Below, piece after piece: positions 35,729-46,445 of a stretch of 64,000 nt of DNA. The notes under the pieces were generated by a model. The model was not told the DNA's origin and made no database searches. It worked only from the letters and a program-made list of their open reading frames with translations. Each line of letters begins with the position of its first letter. Position 1 is the stretch's first letter. This stretch comes from Candidatus Brocadiia bacterium. GTDB taxonomy: Bacteria; Planctomycetota; Brocadiia; CAIUPP01. A program made the position numbers and the translations under genes. The stretch is from contig JBEKCB010000028.1 of the NCBI GenBank assembly GCA_050015075.1, positions 1 through 64,000 of the forward strand. Direction: 5' to 3'.

Positions 35729-37152
35729 TATTTCTCTTTCCGGTAATGTTCGTCCAGATCCGCGTCGCTCAGGCGGTGCAGCTCTTCCCTGGGCAGGATG
35801 GAGATCACGTCCCAGCCCAATTCAAGCGTCTCGGTGATGGTGCGGTCGTCGTACTCCTGCTGCATCAGATATCGGCGCTCGAACTGCTCTCCGAATTTCA
35901 GATATTGCTTGTCCAGCGGCGGCAATTCCTCTTCCCCGATGACCGCCGCCAGCGACTTGATCTGCTTGACCTTGGCGTAGGCGGCGAAGAGCTGCGCGGC
36001 CAGGCGCCCATGGTCCTTGCGGGTTTTCCCCTCGCCGATGCCGTCCTTCATAATGCGCGAGAGGCTCGGCAGCACGGCGATCGGCGGGTAAATCCCATGC
36101 CCGACGAGTTCGCGGTCGAGAACGATCTGGCCTTCGGTGATATAGCCGGTGAGGTCCGGGACCGGGTGCGAGATGTCGTCCGACGGCATCGTCAGGATCG
36201 GAACTTGCGTGATGGATCCCGGGCTGCCGGTGATGCGTCCGGCGCGCTCGTAGATCGAGGCCAGGTCGCTGTAGAGGTAGCCGGGATATCCTTTTCGCGC
36301 GGGGATCTCGCCGTTGGCGATGGCCACCTCGCGCAGCGATTCGCAGTAGTTGGTCATGTCCGTGAGGATCACCAGGATGTGCATGCCGATGTCGAACGCC
36401 AGGTGCTCCGCGAGCGTGAGCGCCGAGCGGGGCGTGAGCAGGCGTTCGACGGACGGCGCGTCCGCCAGGCTCAGGAACATCGCGACTCTCGACAGCGCGC
36501 CGGAGTCCTCGAAGTTCTTGACGAAGTACTGGGCGACGTCGTGCTTGACGCCCATGCCGGCGAAGATGACGGCGAACTCGACGTTCTCACCGACGATCTT
36601 CGCCTGACGGGCGATCTGCGCGGCGACCTGGTTGTGCGGCAGGCCGTTGCCGCTGAAGATGGGCAGCTTCTGGCCGCGCACCAGCGTGTTCAAGCCGTCG
36701 AGCGCGGAGATGCCGGTCTGGATGAAGTCGCGCGGGTAGACGCGCGAGTAGGGGTTCATCGGCTCGCCGTTGATGTCGCGACGCACGCCGCCGATCGGCG
36801 CAGGGCCGCCGTCGGTCGGGCGGCCCAGCCCGTCGAAGACGCGCCCGAGCATGGATCGCGAAACTTCCAGGTGCAGCGATTCTCCCAGGAACCGCACCTT
36901 CGTCCGCAGGTTGCTCAGCCCGGTGGTCCCTTCGAGGACCTGCACCACCGCGCTGGTGTCCGCCGTGTCGAGCACGCGGCCGACGCGCCGGTTCCCGGAC
37001 GGGTCGGTGATCTCGACCACTTCGTCGAAACTGACGGCGTGCCGCGTCTGAACCATCAGCAGCGGGCCGTCAATGCGGGAGACGCCCACGTATTCCATTC
37101 CCTGATCGGAAAGGGTCGCAGGGGACGAGTCCGGCTGAGGCATTTGAGACAT
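35728..37152 (-). CDS. atpB: V/A-type ATPase subunit B
   Basis: [48 protein letters not shown]; start at 37152 or 37167. Confidence 0.95.
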   Translation of the reverse strand: MSQMPQPDSSPATLSDQGMEYVGVSRIDGPLLMVQTRHAVSFDEVVEITDPSGNRRVGRVLDTADTSAVVQVLEGTTGLSNLRTKVRFLGESLHLEVSRSMLGRVFDGLGRPTDGGPAPIGGVRRDINGEPMNPYSRVYPRDFIQTGISALDGLNTLVRGQKLPIFSGNGLPHNQVAAQIARQAKIVGENVEFAVIFAGMGVKHDVAQYFVKNFEDSGALSRVAMFLSLADAPSVERLLTPRSALTLAEHLAFDIGMHILVILTDMTNYCESLREVAIANGEIPARKGYPGYLYSDLASIYERAGRITGSPGSITQVPILTMPSDDISHPVPDLTGYITEGQIVLDRELVGHGIYPPIAVLPSLSRIMKDGIGEGKTRKDHGRLAAQLFAAYAKVKQIKSLAAVIGEEELPPLDKQYLKFGEQFERRYLMQQEYDDRTITETLELGWDVISILPREELHRLSDADLDEHYRKEK

Positions 37153-37163
37153 TTCTCCTCCGG

Positions 37164-38972
37164 TCATTTCAGGTCCTTCTCGAGGGCGTCGAGCTGGCCG
37201 CGAACAAGGTTCTCCAGCGCGTCGAGTTCCTCAGGCTTCGAATTCGGGATCGTGGATTTCGCCCGGATGATTTGCTGGATGCAGGGCAGGGCGCGAATCT
37301 GGACAAGCGTCACGCCGCGTTCGATGAGACGGTTCCCGTGTTCGAGGAAGTCAATGATGATCTTGAGCAGCCGCACTTGCTTGCGGGGATCGCAGAACAT
37401 GTCCACCTCGTCGAACGCGCTCTGCTGGAGGAAACCGTCTCTGAGGATCTCCGCGATGAGCAGGATAAGGCGCTGCGAGTCGGGCAGCACGTCGGGGCCG
37501 ACCAGCTTGACGATCTCCTGGAGACGGTCCTCCTGCTGGAGCGTGTCAATGGCCTTGGCGCGCAGGGCGCGCCAGTCGGCGGCCACGCCTTCCCACCAAT
37601 GCGTCACGTCGTCCACGTATTCGCTGTAGCTCGTGAGCCAATTGATCGCCGGGTAATGCCGCGAGTAGGCCAGGTCGGTGTCCAGCGCCCAGAAGCACCG
37701 GACGAAGCGGCGCGTGTGCTGGGTCACCGGCTCGGAGAAATCGCCGCCCATCGGAGAGACGGCGCCGATGATCGAGACGGACCCGCGGCGTCCGCCCAGC
37801 GTGACGACGGAGCCGGCGCGCTCGTAGAACTGGGCCAGGCGCGTTCCGAGGTACGCCGGATAACCTTCCTCGGCCGGCATTTCCTCGAGGCGGCCGCTCA
37901 ACTCCCGCAGCGCTTCGGCCCAGCGCGAGGTCGAGTCGGCCATCACGCCCACGGCGTATCCCATGTCGCGGTAGTATTCCGCCAGCGTGATGCCGGTATA
38001 GATGGAGACCTCGCGCGCCGCGACGGGCATGTTCGAGGTGTTGGCGATCATGACCGTGCGCTCCATCAGCGGGTGGCCGGACTTCGGGTCCACCAGTTCG
38101 GGGAACGAGGTGAGCACGTCGGTCATCTCGTTGCCGCGCTCGCCGCAGCCGATGTAGATGATGATGTCCGCGTCGCACCATTTCGCGAGCGAGTGCTGTG
38201 TCATCGTCTTGCCCGTGCCGAACCCGCCCGGGATCATCGCCGTGCCGCCCTTGGCGATGGGGAAGAACATGTCAATCACGCGCAGGCCGCTGATGAGCGG
38301 GGTGGTGACCATTTCGCGCTCGCGGTACGGCCGCGTCATGCGCGAGGCCCATTCCTGGACCAGCTTCAGGGAGCGGTCGCCGGCGGACGTCTGCACGACG
38401 CAGATCTCCTGCTCGATGGTGTAATCGCCGGGCGCGACGATTTTTCGCACCGTGCCGCTGCAGTCCGGCGGCACGAGCACCCGGTGCTCGATCAGCGGCG
38501 TCTCCGGCAGCGTCCCGATGATCTGCCCGGCCTGGACTTTTTCGCCTTCCTTGACCGAAGGCGTGAAGCGCCACTGGCGCGACTTGTTCAGGGCGGGGAG
38601 TTTCTCTCCGCGCGGGATGAAGGCGCCCGCGCTCTCGGCGATCTCGCGCAGCGGGCGCTGGATGCCGTCGTAGATGTTCCCCATCAGCCCCGGGCCGAGG
38701 TCAACGGAGAGCAGTCTTCCGGTCGGGTAGACCGGCTGGCCGGGCCGCAGGCCGGAGGTGTTTTCGTAGACCTGAACGGTGCCGACGTCGTCCACGGCGC
38801 GGATGAGCTCGCCGATGAGCCGCCGCGGACCGACCTCGATGACCTCGAACATTTGTGCGCCGCGCAGGCCGACGGCCTCGACGATCGGGCCGTTTACGCG
38901 CGTGATCCTGGCGTGCGCCGTACCCGGCGCACTCTCGCTGTGCGACGTTGGCTGCGATGTCGGTGAATTCAT
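37164..38972 (-). CDS. atpA: V/A-type ATPase catalytic subunit A
   Basis: [37 protein letters not shown]; no intein. Confidence 0.96.
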   Translation of the reverse strand: MNSPTSQPTSHSESAPGTAHARITRVNGPIVEAVGLRGAQMFEVIEVGPRRLIGELIRAVDDVGTVQVYENTSGLRPGQPVYPTGRLLSVDLGPGLMGNIYDGIQRPLREIAESAGAFIPRGEKLPALNKSRQWRFTPSVKEGEKVQAGQIIGTLPETPLIEHRVLVPPDCSGTVRKIVAPGDYTIEQEICVVQTSAGDRSLKLVQEWASRMTRPYREREMVTTPLISGLRVIDMFFPIAKGGTAMIPGGFGTGKTMTQHSLAKWCDADIIIYIGCGERGNEMTDVLTSFPELVDPKSGHPLMERTVMIANTSNMPVAAREVSIYTGITLAEYYRDMGYAVGVMADSTSRWAEALRELSGRLEEMPAEEGYPAYLGTRLAQFYERAGSVVTLGGRRGSVSIIGAVSPMGGDFSEPVTQHTRRFVRCFWALDTDLAYSRHYPAINWLTSYSEYVDDVTHWWEGVAADWRALRAKAIDTLQQEDRLQEIVKLVGPDVLPDSQRLILLIAEILRDGFLQQSAFDEVDMFCDPRKQVRLLKIIIDFLEHGNRLIERGVTLVQIRALPCIQQIIRAKSTIPNSKPEELDALENLVRGQLDALEKDLK

Positions 38973-39598
38973 GCTTCCTCGAATAATATCGGGATCGTGA
39001 GCCTCTGCAGGCCGGGCCGGAGCCGGCGCAGGCGCTCCTCAAAGGTATTGTCCCACCGCAATTTTCCGTCCGCCGATTCCACGACGACTCCCCTGGCCGG
39101 GCCGGGCTGCACCTTCACGCTGAGGTTGACCGTCTTGCCCTCTTTCTGGAGCGCGGCGGCGATTTCCGAGGCCAGGGAGCTTTCGTCAAGATTCGCGCCG
39201 GGCGCGGCCGTGACTTTCACGGCCAGGTCGCCCGCGGGCATCTGGCGCGCCGCTGCGACGGCCAGGCGGACCACGTCTTGTCTGTAGGCCTCGCCCGAAA
39301 TCTCCACGAGACGCGCCGCGGCTTGCTCGAGCGCCGTCTGGATCACCGTGTCTCTGGCGTGCAGCTTGCCGCGCGCAACCTGCTGCTCCACCATCCGCAG
39401 CGTCATCTCCGCGCGCTTCCCCGCGCGAGCGCGATGCTCGGCGAGGATCTTCTCTGCTTCGGACTGGGCGGTGGCCTTGGCCTGGGCCAGGATTTTCTCC
39501 GCTTCGGCCTTGGCCGCGCTCAGGATTTCGTCCGCCTTGCGTTTCGCGTCCTGCAGAATCTCGTCCGCCAGGATTTTCTGCGCATCCGCTGTTGCCAT
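38969..39598 (-). CDS. atpE: V/A-type ATPase subunit E
   Basis: N-terminal stalk helix; GVVVESADGKLRWDNTFEERL. Confidence 0.9.
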   Translation of the reverse strand: MATADAQKILADEILQDAKRKADEILSAAKAEAEKILAQAKATAQSEAEKILAEHRARAGKRAEMTLRMVEQQVARGKLHARDTVIQTALEQAAARLVEISGEAYRQDVVRLAVAAARQMPAGDLAVKVTAAPGANLDESSLASEIAAALQKEGKTVNLSVKVQPGPARGVVVESADGKLRWDNTFEERLRRLRPGLQRLTIPILFEEA

Positions 39599-39599
39599 G

Positions 39600-39908
39600 T
39601 CAGACCCTTATTCCGATCGCCTGCCGGATAACATCGCTCAAGTTCTTCCGCCCGGCGAACGGCCCTCGAGCGCCTGGGATTTCGACCACCAGCGGCAAAC
39701 CGCTGCCGAACCGGAGCGCGTCCACTTCTTCCTGCATCATCGCGGTGGCTTCCTGCGTGAGGATGACGACGCCGGCCTCGGAATCCCGCGCGCTCTTGAG
39801 CGCGGCGAGCGCTTCCGTGCGGCTGTTGACGGCGGTCCCCGCAATGCCGACGCACCGGAAGCCGAGGACGGTGTCCTCGTCGGCGATGACCAGGTACTTG
39901 TGCTTCAC
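39600..39908 (-). CDS. atpF: V/A-type ATPase subunit F
   Basis: VIADEDTVLGFRCVGI, PLVVEIP, IRQAIGI; GTG start overlapping the K stop. Confidence 0.9.
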   Translation of the reverse strand: MKHKYLVIADEDTVLGFRCVGIAGTAVNSRTEALAALKSARDSEAGVVILTQEATAMMQEEVDALRFGSGLPLVVEIPGARGPFAGRKNLSDVIRQAIGIRV

Positions 39909-40252
39909 TTGCTGATGAGCGTCCAAAGCATGATTCCCATGATGAGCCCGTAAATCGCGATACCTTCCGCGACGACGACGAAAATGAGCGACTTCATGAG
40001 CAGTTCGGGACGTTCGCTGGCCATCCCGAGCGCCGCCGCGCCGACGCGACCTACCGCCAGGGCCGCCGCAAGGCACGACAGGCCCACGACGATGGCCGCA
40101 GCCAGAGCAATGGCAGACTTGTCGCCGAAGCCCGTTGCGGCCTTGGCCGCCGCCTCCGTGTCCGCCGCCAGACAGGCCTGCGCACCGAAAACTGAGATAA
40201 CGACCAAAGCCAGCAACGCCAAGACGAAGAACTTCTTGCCGCCCTGCGCCAT
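39905..40252 (-). CDS. atpK: V/A-type ATPase proteolipid subunit K (single hairpin with N-terminal leader)
   Basis: ERPE loop and ion-binding Glu in AEGIAIYG. Confidence 0.92.
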   Translation of the reverse strand: MAQGGKKFFVLALLALVVISVFGAQACLAADTEAAAKAATGFGDKSAIALAAAIVVGLSCLAAALAVGRVGAAALGMASERPELLMKSLIFVVVAEGIAIYGLIMGIMLWTLISK

Positions 40253-40290
40253 TTTCCGTCTCCTTCCTGTGGATGAAGTCCCGTTGCGTC

Positions 40291-42228
40291 TCACCCGACC
40301 CTGAACGGATTGTATCCCTTCCCGGCGCCTTCGAAGAACTTGCTGAAGAACTCGTAGTACTCCAGCCGCAGTCCCTGGACGAACACGACCATTCCTTCCA
40401 GGAGTATGACCACGATATTGCCCAGGACGATCACCACGCCGCCCCAGATGACTCCCGCCGGCAATTGATGCACGACGTTTTCAAGGCTGAAGATGGCCAT
40501 GCACAAACCGACGTGCGCCAGCGCAAACGCCCCGACGCGCGCGAACGAGACTGTGTTGGCGAGGAACCCGGTGATCGTTTCCATCATGTCCACGCCACCG
40601 CTCATGAAGTCAACCAGCGCGCCTTCCGACTCGTGGCCTCGGTGGATGAGATGCACGTAGATCAATTCCCTGAAGAGCAGGAGCAGCAGCGGCGCGAAGA
40701 TGAGCCACACCACCAGCCAGATCGAGCCGGAACCGAGCAGGGCATAGCGCAGGCCGAGCCCGATGGCGCCCCAATAAAAGATGATCCCCACCATGCCGAC
40801 GCGGTCCATAATTCCATGAAAATAATCGCCTCGCCGGAACTTGTTGATGATATTCACCACGATTCCCAGGCTGATCAGCACGATGCCCAGCACGACCGGG
40901 ATGGCCAGCATCGTAACGACGTTTTTCATCGGCTCGAACTTCCAGCTATAGCGCAGCCATTCTTCGTAGCCGAAGACGCTGCCGTACAGGAAGCCGAAGA
41001 CCGTCGCGGCAATTCCGGCCATGCTGATGATCGTTCCGAGGTCGCGCGTCTGCGGTGTGCCGCAGCGCTTGCGCATCACGAGGCCGATAATGACCAGCAC
41101 GACTCCCTGGCCGACGTCCCCGAACATGAGGCCGTACATCACCAGGAAGCTGATCGCCACGAGCAGCGTCGGCTGAATCTCGCGGTACCGCGGGAAGCCG
41201 AAGCCGGTCACCAGGAGTTGGAAAGGCCGTATGAGCGGGTTGTCCTTCATCAGGACCGGCACTTCGTCGGGCGGCACATCCGTCTCTTTCACATCGCGAA
41301 CCTGGAGGAACAGGCGCCCCTGGGTTTCCTGAAGGAGCCGGCTGGACGCGGACGCGACCTGGTCCGTCGGCAGCCACCCGCTGATGCGGCAGGTGCTCTC
41401 GGTGCGGCTGAAGTTCAGCGACGCTTCCAGCAGGGCCTGCTCCAGCCCGAGGCTGCGCTCCAGAGATGCGATCTCCTGCGCTTCCGTCCGCGCAACCTCT
41501 TTGAGTTGCCGGGAGATGCGCTCCTGGTCGCTGCGGATCTGGTCCAGACGTTTGCGCATCTGGTCCAAGGACGTCGCCGGCGTGCCCCCGGCGAGCGGAG
41601 AAATGTCCTCGGTCACGAAGTTGTGCTGCCTGAGCTGCGCATCGAGTTCGGCCCGGCGCTCCCGACTGGTGAAAGCGACAAGGTTGCGGCGTTCGCCGGC
41701 GGCCCCGCCGCTCAGAAGAACGATGTTCTGGCCCGCGGCCGCCTCCAGTTTCGCCAGGTCCGTTGTCTTGATGCTGCCCGCGGCGAAATGGAGGAAGGGC
41801 GATTCGAGAACCTGCGACAGCGGCACCGTGACGCCGCCCAGTATATCGAAACGCACCAGCTCGTCCTGGATTCGCTCGGATTCGGACTCGATCTTCGTTC
41901 GCAGTTCGAGGAGTGGGTCAATGCGTCTTTCGAACCCGACAATCTCCTGCTCCATCGCGTCCAGAGGCTTGTAGGAATTATCCGGACTCGCCGGCAGTTC
42001 GCCCAGGCCGACTTGCTCGCGGATCGCATCGAGCCGGCCCATCAGGGCGCGGCACCGATCCAACTCCGGGCTGCGGTCTGGGAGCGCGGCCTGGTCAGAG
42101 GCGGTTTCAGGGCGGACCTTGACCAGTTCCAGCACGCCCATCCGGCCGAGCACCGTTGTGATGCGGCGCGCATCCCGGTCGAGGATGACCATGTCCAGGA
42201 GCTTCATTTTGGCCGGCGTCAGAGACAT
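40291..42228 (-). CDS. atpI: V/A-type ATPase subunit I
   Basis: PVLMKDN..PFQ, MFGDVGQG, NTVSFAR (essential Arg), LRLEYYEFF. Confidence 0.93.
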   Translation of the reverse strand: MSLTPAKMKLLDMVILDRDARRITTVLGRMGVLELVKVRPETASDQAALPDRSPELDRCRALMGRLDAIREQVGLGELPASPDNSYKPLDAMEQEIVGFERRIDPLLELRTKIESESERIQDELVRFDILGGVTVPLSQVLESPFLHFAAGSIKTTDLAKLEAAAGQNIVLLSGGAAGERRNLVAFTSRERRAELDAQLRQHNFVTEDISPLAGGTPATSLDQMRKRLDQIRSDQERISRQLKEVARTEAQEIASLERSLGLEQALLEASLNFSRTESTCRISGWLPTDQVASASSRLLQETQGRLFLQVRDVKETDVPPDEVPVLMKDNPLIRPFQLLVTGFGFPRYREIQPTLLVAISFLVMYGLMFGDVGQGVVLVIIGLVMRKRCGTPQTRDLGTIISMAGIAATVFGFLYGSVFGYEEWLRYSWKFEPMKNVVTMLAIPVVLGIVLISLGIVVNIINKFRRGDYFHGIMDRVGMVGIIFYWGAIGLGLRYALLGSGSIWLVVWLIFAPLLLLLFRELIYVHLIHRGHESEGALVDFMSGGVDMMETITGFLANTVSFARVGAFALAHVGLCMAIFSLENVVHQLPAGVIWGGVVIVLGNIVVILLEGMVVFVQGLRLEYYEFFSKFFEGAGKGYNPFRVG

Positions 42229-42239
42229 CGCTTCTCCGT

Positions 42240-43253
42240 CTAACGAACCAGCAGTAACCGGCTTTCGATATCCGCGCGCGGCAGGCTGTGCCGCACGCTC
42301 TCCGTCACCCGAACGAGATTCGCGAATTCGATGCGCCTGATGTAACAGTAGGCGACCACCGCCGGAATCGCCACGATGGACTCGAGGAAGCAGCGCGCGG
42401 CCAGCCGGTACTGCTGCACGAGCAGCGCCTTGTCCAGTTGCTGCAGCGAGAGGATGCCGCGCCGCTTTTCCTGCGAGAGAAAGTCGCGCGGCAGCGCGTT
42501 GATCACTTGCCCCAGGTCGTGGGCGGCATACAATCGCTCGACGAGAGCGGGCGTCAGGAAAAGGCCGCTCGTCACGATGAACGGCCGAATATCGGACAGC
42601 GGGCGGTCGTAGTTGAACTTCGACCGCAGAATGAAAGACAGGCTGCGGAGATCCACGTCGAACGCCACCAGTTTCCGGATCCACTCGTCCGTGCCGTCGG
42701 AGAGTTGCAGCAGTTTCCGGCAATATACGGCGTCGAGCGCCGTCTCCATCGCGGCGCTGTCAGGCGCCTTATCCGCCTTAATCGTTTGCAGCATGGCCTC
42801 GCGGAATTCCTCGACGGGCACTTGCTCGGCGAACCGGCGCAGGTCGGGCGCGTCGAAGAGGCGGCTCACCGGCAGCGCAAGCCAAGCGGGCACCGGCGCC
42901 ATCACCGCTTCGGCCTCGGCGACCGTCCCCTTGGAGAGGTACGCGCGCAGGACAACCTTCAGGTTCTCAAGCTCGAAATGCACCAGCAGCCACTGGACGA
43001 GTCGGAAGATGCGGCCGGAGAGATGCCGCGAGATTTTATCCAGGTCGCGGACCTGGTCCGCGAGCAAGTCCCGTTCAAACGCCAGGTGGCCTTCGAACGT
43101 GTCGCCGGAGCGGACGCGACGGAACAGCTCGGGCAGGCTCTTGCTGTCGGCGAGGGCCGCCAGGCGGTTTCCCTCGAAGAGCTTGCTCCGCATGCCGCGC
43201 ACCTTGGCGACAATGAAATCCTCAGAGGCTGCGGACTCAGCGCGCTGCTTCAT
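42240..43253 (-). CDS. atpC: V/A-type ATPase subunit C
   Basis: AKVRGMRSKL, ELENLKVVLR, EFANL. Confidence 0.88.
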   Translation of the reverse strand: MKQRAESAASEDFIVAKVRGMRSKLFEGNRLAALADSKSLPELFRRVRSGDTFEGHLAFERDLLADQVRDLDKISRHLSGRIFRLVQWLLVHFELENLKVVLRAYLSKGTVAEAEAVMAPVPAWLALPVSRLFDAPDLRRFAEQVPVEEFREAMLQTIKADKAPDSAAMETALDAVYCRKLLQLSDGTDEWIRKLVAFDVDLRSLSFILRSKFNYDRPLSDIRPFIVTSGLFLTPALVERLYAAHDLGQVINALPRDFLSQEKRRGILSLQQLDKALLVQQYRLAARCFLESIVAIPAVVAYCYIRRIEFANLVRVTESVRHSLPRADIESRLLLVR

Positions 43254-43318
43254 TTCTGCCTTGTCACCACCCGGCGAATCTCATCCCCGGCGGGCGGCGG
43301 ATGAAAGAAATTCAAACA

Positions 43319-43645
43319 CTATCGGCCCAGCACTTCGGCGACGATTCGTTCGACGGCCTGCGGCACTTTCAGCTTGCTGCGCTCGATGACGACCGCGTCG
43401 TTCTGCATTTCCTGCGCCACGCGCGCGTCACGTTGTTTCTCGGCGGTCTCGACCGTCTGCGCCGCTTCCTTGTGCACCCGCTCAACCGCATCGCGCTTGG
43501 CCGAAGCGATGAGGTGCTCGGCCTCTTCTTCGGCGTGGGCCAGGATTTCCCGCGCCTGCTTTTCAGCCTGGCTGACGACCTCGCGCGCCTGGCCTTCGAC
43601 GCCGAGCACCTGCTGCATGACGGTGCGGATTCCCGTAGCTTCCAC
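43319..43645 (-). CDS. V/A-type ATPase subunit G/H (peripheral stalk)
   Basis: 108-aa EA..A heptad/hendecad-like helix at the head of the operon; GGAGG RBS. Confidence 0.75.
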   Translation of the reverse strand: MEATGIRTVMQQVLGVEGQAREVVSQAEKQAREILAHAEEEAEHLIASAKRDAVERVHKEAAQTVETAEKQRDARVAQEMQNDAVVIERSKLKVPQAVERIVAEVLGR

Positions 43646-43766
43646 GCCTATTCCTCCAAGCGGGTGATGTCGTTCTGCTCAATCGAATGCGGGATTGAAT
43701 GGGGACGCGAATACCGGCCGACGCGACGGGGAAAACGATCGCAAGTTGCCCCGGAAAGCTGGTGTG

Positions 43767-44477
43767 TCAACGCAGCGAACCCTCAAAAAATTCCTCGGAG
43801 GATCGCAGGATCTCGGTGACCACGGCCGGGGACACAGCCTTCTTGATGCTCTCGATGGCCGCGAGGTGGCGCCCCAGCTGAATCACGCGCGCGAGCAACC
43901 GCAACTGAACGTCTTCGGTCGGCGCGCAGAGAAGAAAGAAGACGTACGTCCGCTGATGATCCAGCGCCTCGAAATCGGTTCCTTCGCGGCAGACCGCCAG
44001 CCCGACCAGCGGTTCCTTGAAGAGCCCCGAGATCGGCCGGCGAGGATGCGGGATGGCGATGCCGTGACCGATCGCGGTGCTGACCATCCGTTCCCGCTCC
44101 AGCACGCTTTCCAGAAGCCGGCGAGGCTGCCGAAGAATCTTCGAGGCGCGCAACGGCTCGACCAGTTGCTTAAGGACCTCGTCCTTCGTGCCCGGCATGA
44201 CCTCCAGGTTCATAGCCGTGACCGGCATGAGTTCCGTGAGCGGCGGCAGCTTGGGCGGCTCTTTCCGGGCCGGCGCGCTCCGCACGGACGGGATTTCCAT
44301 CTGCGCCATCAGCCAGTCGTCCACCACCGACCGCATGAACCGCCACTGGCTGGCCACTTTCGCCGCCGGGATCTTGCCGGACTGCGCCATGCGGAGAACG
44401 GACTTCTCGGACACTTGGAGGTATTCCGCAACTTCCTCCAGAGTCATAACCTCTCTCACGGCCTGAATCCGGTCCAT
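43767..44477 (-). CDS. excisionase-type HTH + PTS EIIA (Ntr-like) fusion
   Basis: MTLEEVAEYLQVS..GKIPAAKVASQWRF; LERERMVSTAIGHGIAIPH. Confidence 0.9.
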   Translation of the reverse strand: MDRIQAVREVMTLEEVAEYLQVSEKSVLRMAQSGKIPAAKVASQWRFMRSVVDDWLMAQMEIPSVRSAPARKEPPKLPPLTELMPVTAMNLEVMPGTKDEVLKQLVEPLRASKILRQPRRLLESVLERERMVSTAIGHGIAIPHPRRPISGLFKEPLVGLAVCREGTDFEALDHQRTYVFFLLCAPTEDVQLRLLARVIQLGRHLAAIESIKKAVSPAVVTEILRSSEEFFEGSLR

Positions 44478-44661
44478 CTCGGCTCCGTCCTTCCTGCTAT
44501 AGCGGTGTCCTTGGGGGGACATTATAGTCCATCTTCGGACAGAATCAAGCCTTTTTTTGTCAACTTCCTGAATGCTGCCCTTGACGGCCCGCCGGAGCGG
44601 TGCTAAGTTTCTGCTCGTTCGCTGTCCAACTTCAAGCGGGATTCAGTCTTTGCCAGAGATT

Positions 44662-46347
44662 ATGAAAGACCGTTCCTGGTCGGTGGGCACGCTGGCTTTC
44701 ATGGCGGCGGTGGGGGCCTTCCTGGCGGCCTTCCTGGTCTATCCGACGATCTATATCTTCAGCGAGGCGTTCTGGATCGGAGGACATTTCTCGCTCGCGC
44801 ACTTCCGCAACATCGCTCAGAACCCGCCTATCCTGCAGTCCATCCGGAACAGTATTCTGCTGGGCCTCATGACCACGGCCGCAACGACGCTCCTGGCGGT
44901 GCCGCTGGCGGTGGTGGCGGTGCGGTACGCGTTCCGCGGGAAAGGGATCCTCACGGGCCTGCTGCTCGTGCCGATGATCATGCCGCCCTTCGTCGGCGCG
45001 ATCGGCATGCGGCGGCTGCTGGCGCGGGAAGGATCCATCAATCTGATCCTTCAGCATCTGGGTCTCCTCTCGCAGGGAGTGGATTTCCTCGGAGCGAGCG
45101 GGTTCTGGGCGGTCGTTCTGCTGCAGGTGCTGCATCTCTATCCGATCATGTACCTGAACGTGGCGGCGGCACTGGCGAACGTGGACCCTTCGCTGGAAGA
45201 AGCCGCGCGCAACATGGGCGACCACGGGCTTCGATTGTTCCGGAAGGTCACCTTTCCGCTCATGCTGCCGGGTTATTTCGCCGGCGCGGTGCTGGTGTTC
45301 ATCTGGGCATTCACCGACCTGGGCACGCCGCTGATCTTCGACTACCAGCGCGTCGTGGCGTTCAAGATTTTCGATGCGGTCAACGACCTCAATACGAACC
45401 CGATGGCGTACGCGCTGGTCGTCATCGTGATCGTGCTTGCGATGGCCGCGTTCGCCGCGGCCAGGTTCTGCTTCGGCGGGCGCGGCCACGAGATGCTCTC
45501 GAAAGGGACCGTCGCTGCGCGCGAAAAGCCGGCCTCGCGGACCGCCTCGGTCCTGATCTACGGCGGCATCCTGCTCCTCGCCGCCGTTGCGCTGCTGCCG
45601 CACTTCGGCGTCTTCCTGACTTCCATCACCGCGAAGTGGTCCGGCACCATCTTCCCGACGCAAATCACCTGGGATTACTACGTGCGGGCGCTCCACAATG
45701 AGCTGGCGCGGACGGGCGTGCGCAACAGCCTTTTCCTCTCGTTCGGCAGCACGCTGATGGACGTGCTGCTCGGCGTCGGCATCGCGCTGATCCTGGTGCG
45801 GCGGCGCTTCCAGGGATCGGGATTGCTCGATGCCCTGGCCATGACGCCGCTGGCCGTGCCCGGCATCGTGCTGGCGTTCGGATATGTGGCCGGGTTCAGC
45901 GGCACGCCGCTCGATCCGCGGCGCAACCCGCTTCCGTTGCTCATGATCGCGTACTCGGTGCGCCGCCTGCCGTACATGACGCGCGCTGCGTACGCCGGCT
46001 TCCAGCAGACGAGCGTCACGCTCGAGGAGGCCGCCATGAACGTCGGCGCAAGCCCGACGCGGACGCTCTTCAAGATCACTCTGCCGCTGATCTTGGGAAG
46101 CCTCATTGCCGGGGCGATCCTCACCTTCACGTTCGCCATGCTCGAAGTCTCCGAAAGCATGATGCTCGCGTTCCAGCAGCAGCACTACCCGCTGACCAAG
46201 GCGATCTATCAACTCCAGACGATGCCTACGGAAGGGGACTTCATCGCGAGCGCGATGGGCGTTATGGCGATGGTCCTCCTGGCGGCGACGCTGCTGATCG
46301 CCGGCGCGCTGCTGGGCAAGCGGATGGGACAACTCTTCAGGGTGTGA
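44662..46347 (+). CDS. Fe3+/thiamine-type ABC transporter permease (FbpB-like, two EAA domains)
   Basis: LEEAARNMG and LEEAAMNVGA; about 12 TMs; AFTDLGTP. Confidence 0.9.
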   Translation: MKDRSWSVGTLAFMAAVGAFLAAFLVYPTIYIFSEAFWIGGHFSLAHFRNIAQNPPILQSIRNSILLGLMTTAATTLLAVPLAVVAVRYAFRGKGILTGLLLVPMIMPPFVGAIGMRRLLAREGSINLILQHLGLLSQGVDFLGASGFWAVVLLQVLHLYPIMYLNVAAALANVDPSLEEAARNMGDHGLRLFRKVTFPLMLPGYFAGAVLVFIWAFTDLGTPLIFDYQRVVAFKIFDAVNDLNTNPMAYALVVIVIVLAMAAFAAARFCFGGRGHEMLSKGTVAAREKPASRTASVLIYGGILLLAAVALLPHFGVFLTSITAKWSGTIFPTQITWDYYVRALHNELARTGVRNSLFLSFGSTLMDVLLGVGIALILVRRRFQGSGLLDALAMTPLAVPGIVLAFGYVAGFSGTPLDPRRNPLPLLMIAYSVRRLPYMTRAAYAGFQQTSVTLEEAAMNVGASPTRTLFKITLPLILGSLIAGAILTFTFAMLEVSESMMLAFQQQHYPLTKAIYQLQTMPTEGDFIASAMGVMAMVLLAATLLIAGALLGKRMGQLFRV

Positions 46348-46445
46348 GAAGGGCAGTCGGCCCTTACTCGCGATAGTCGGCATTGCCTCTGGACCGACAA
46401 ACCAGGCGCTGGTTGATCCCTGGGCAATAACGGAAGGAGAATGCG

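Noticed and set aside
37164-38972. Intein in V-ATPase subunit A
   Set aside because: Normal length, with continuous motifs around GKT and GCGERGNE.
42229-42723. N-terminal extension of V-ATPase subunit I
   Set aside because: Overlaps subunit C; the real start is MSLTP at 42228 with GGAG.
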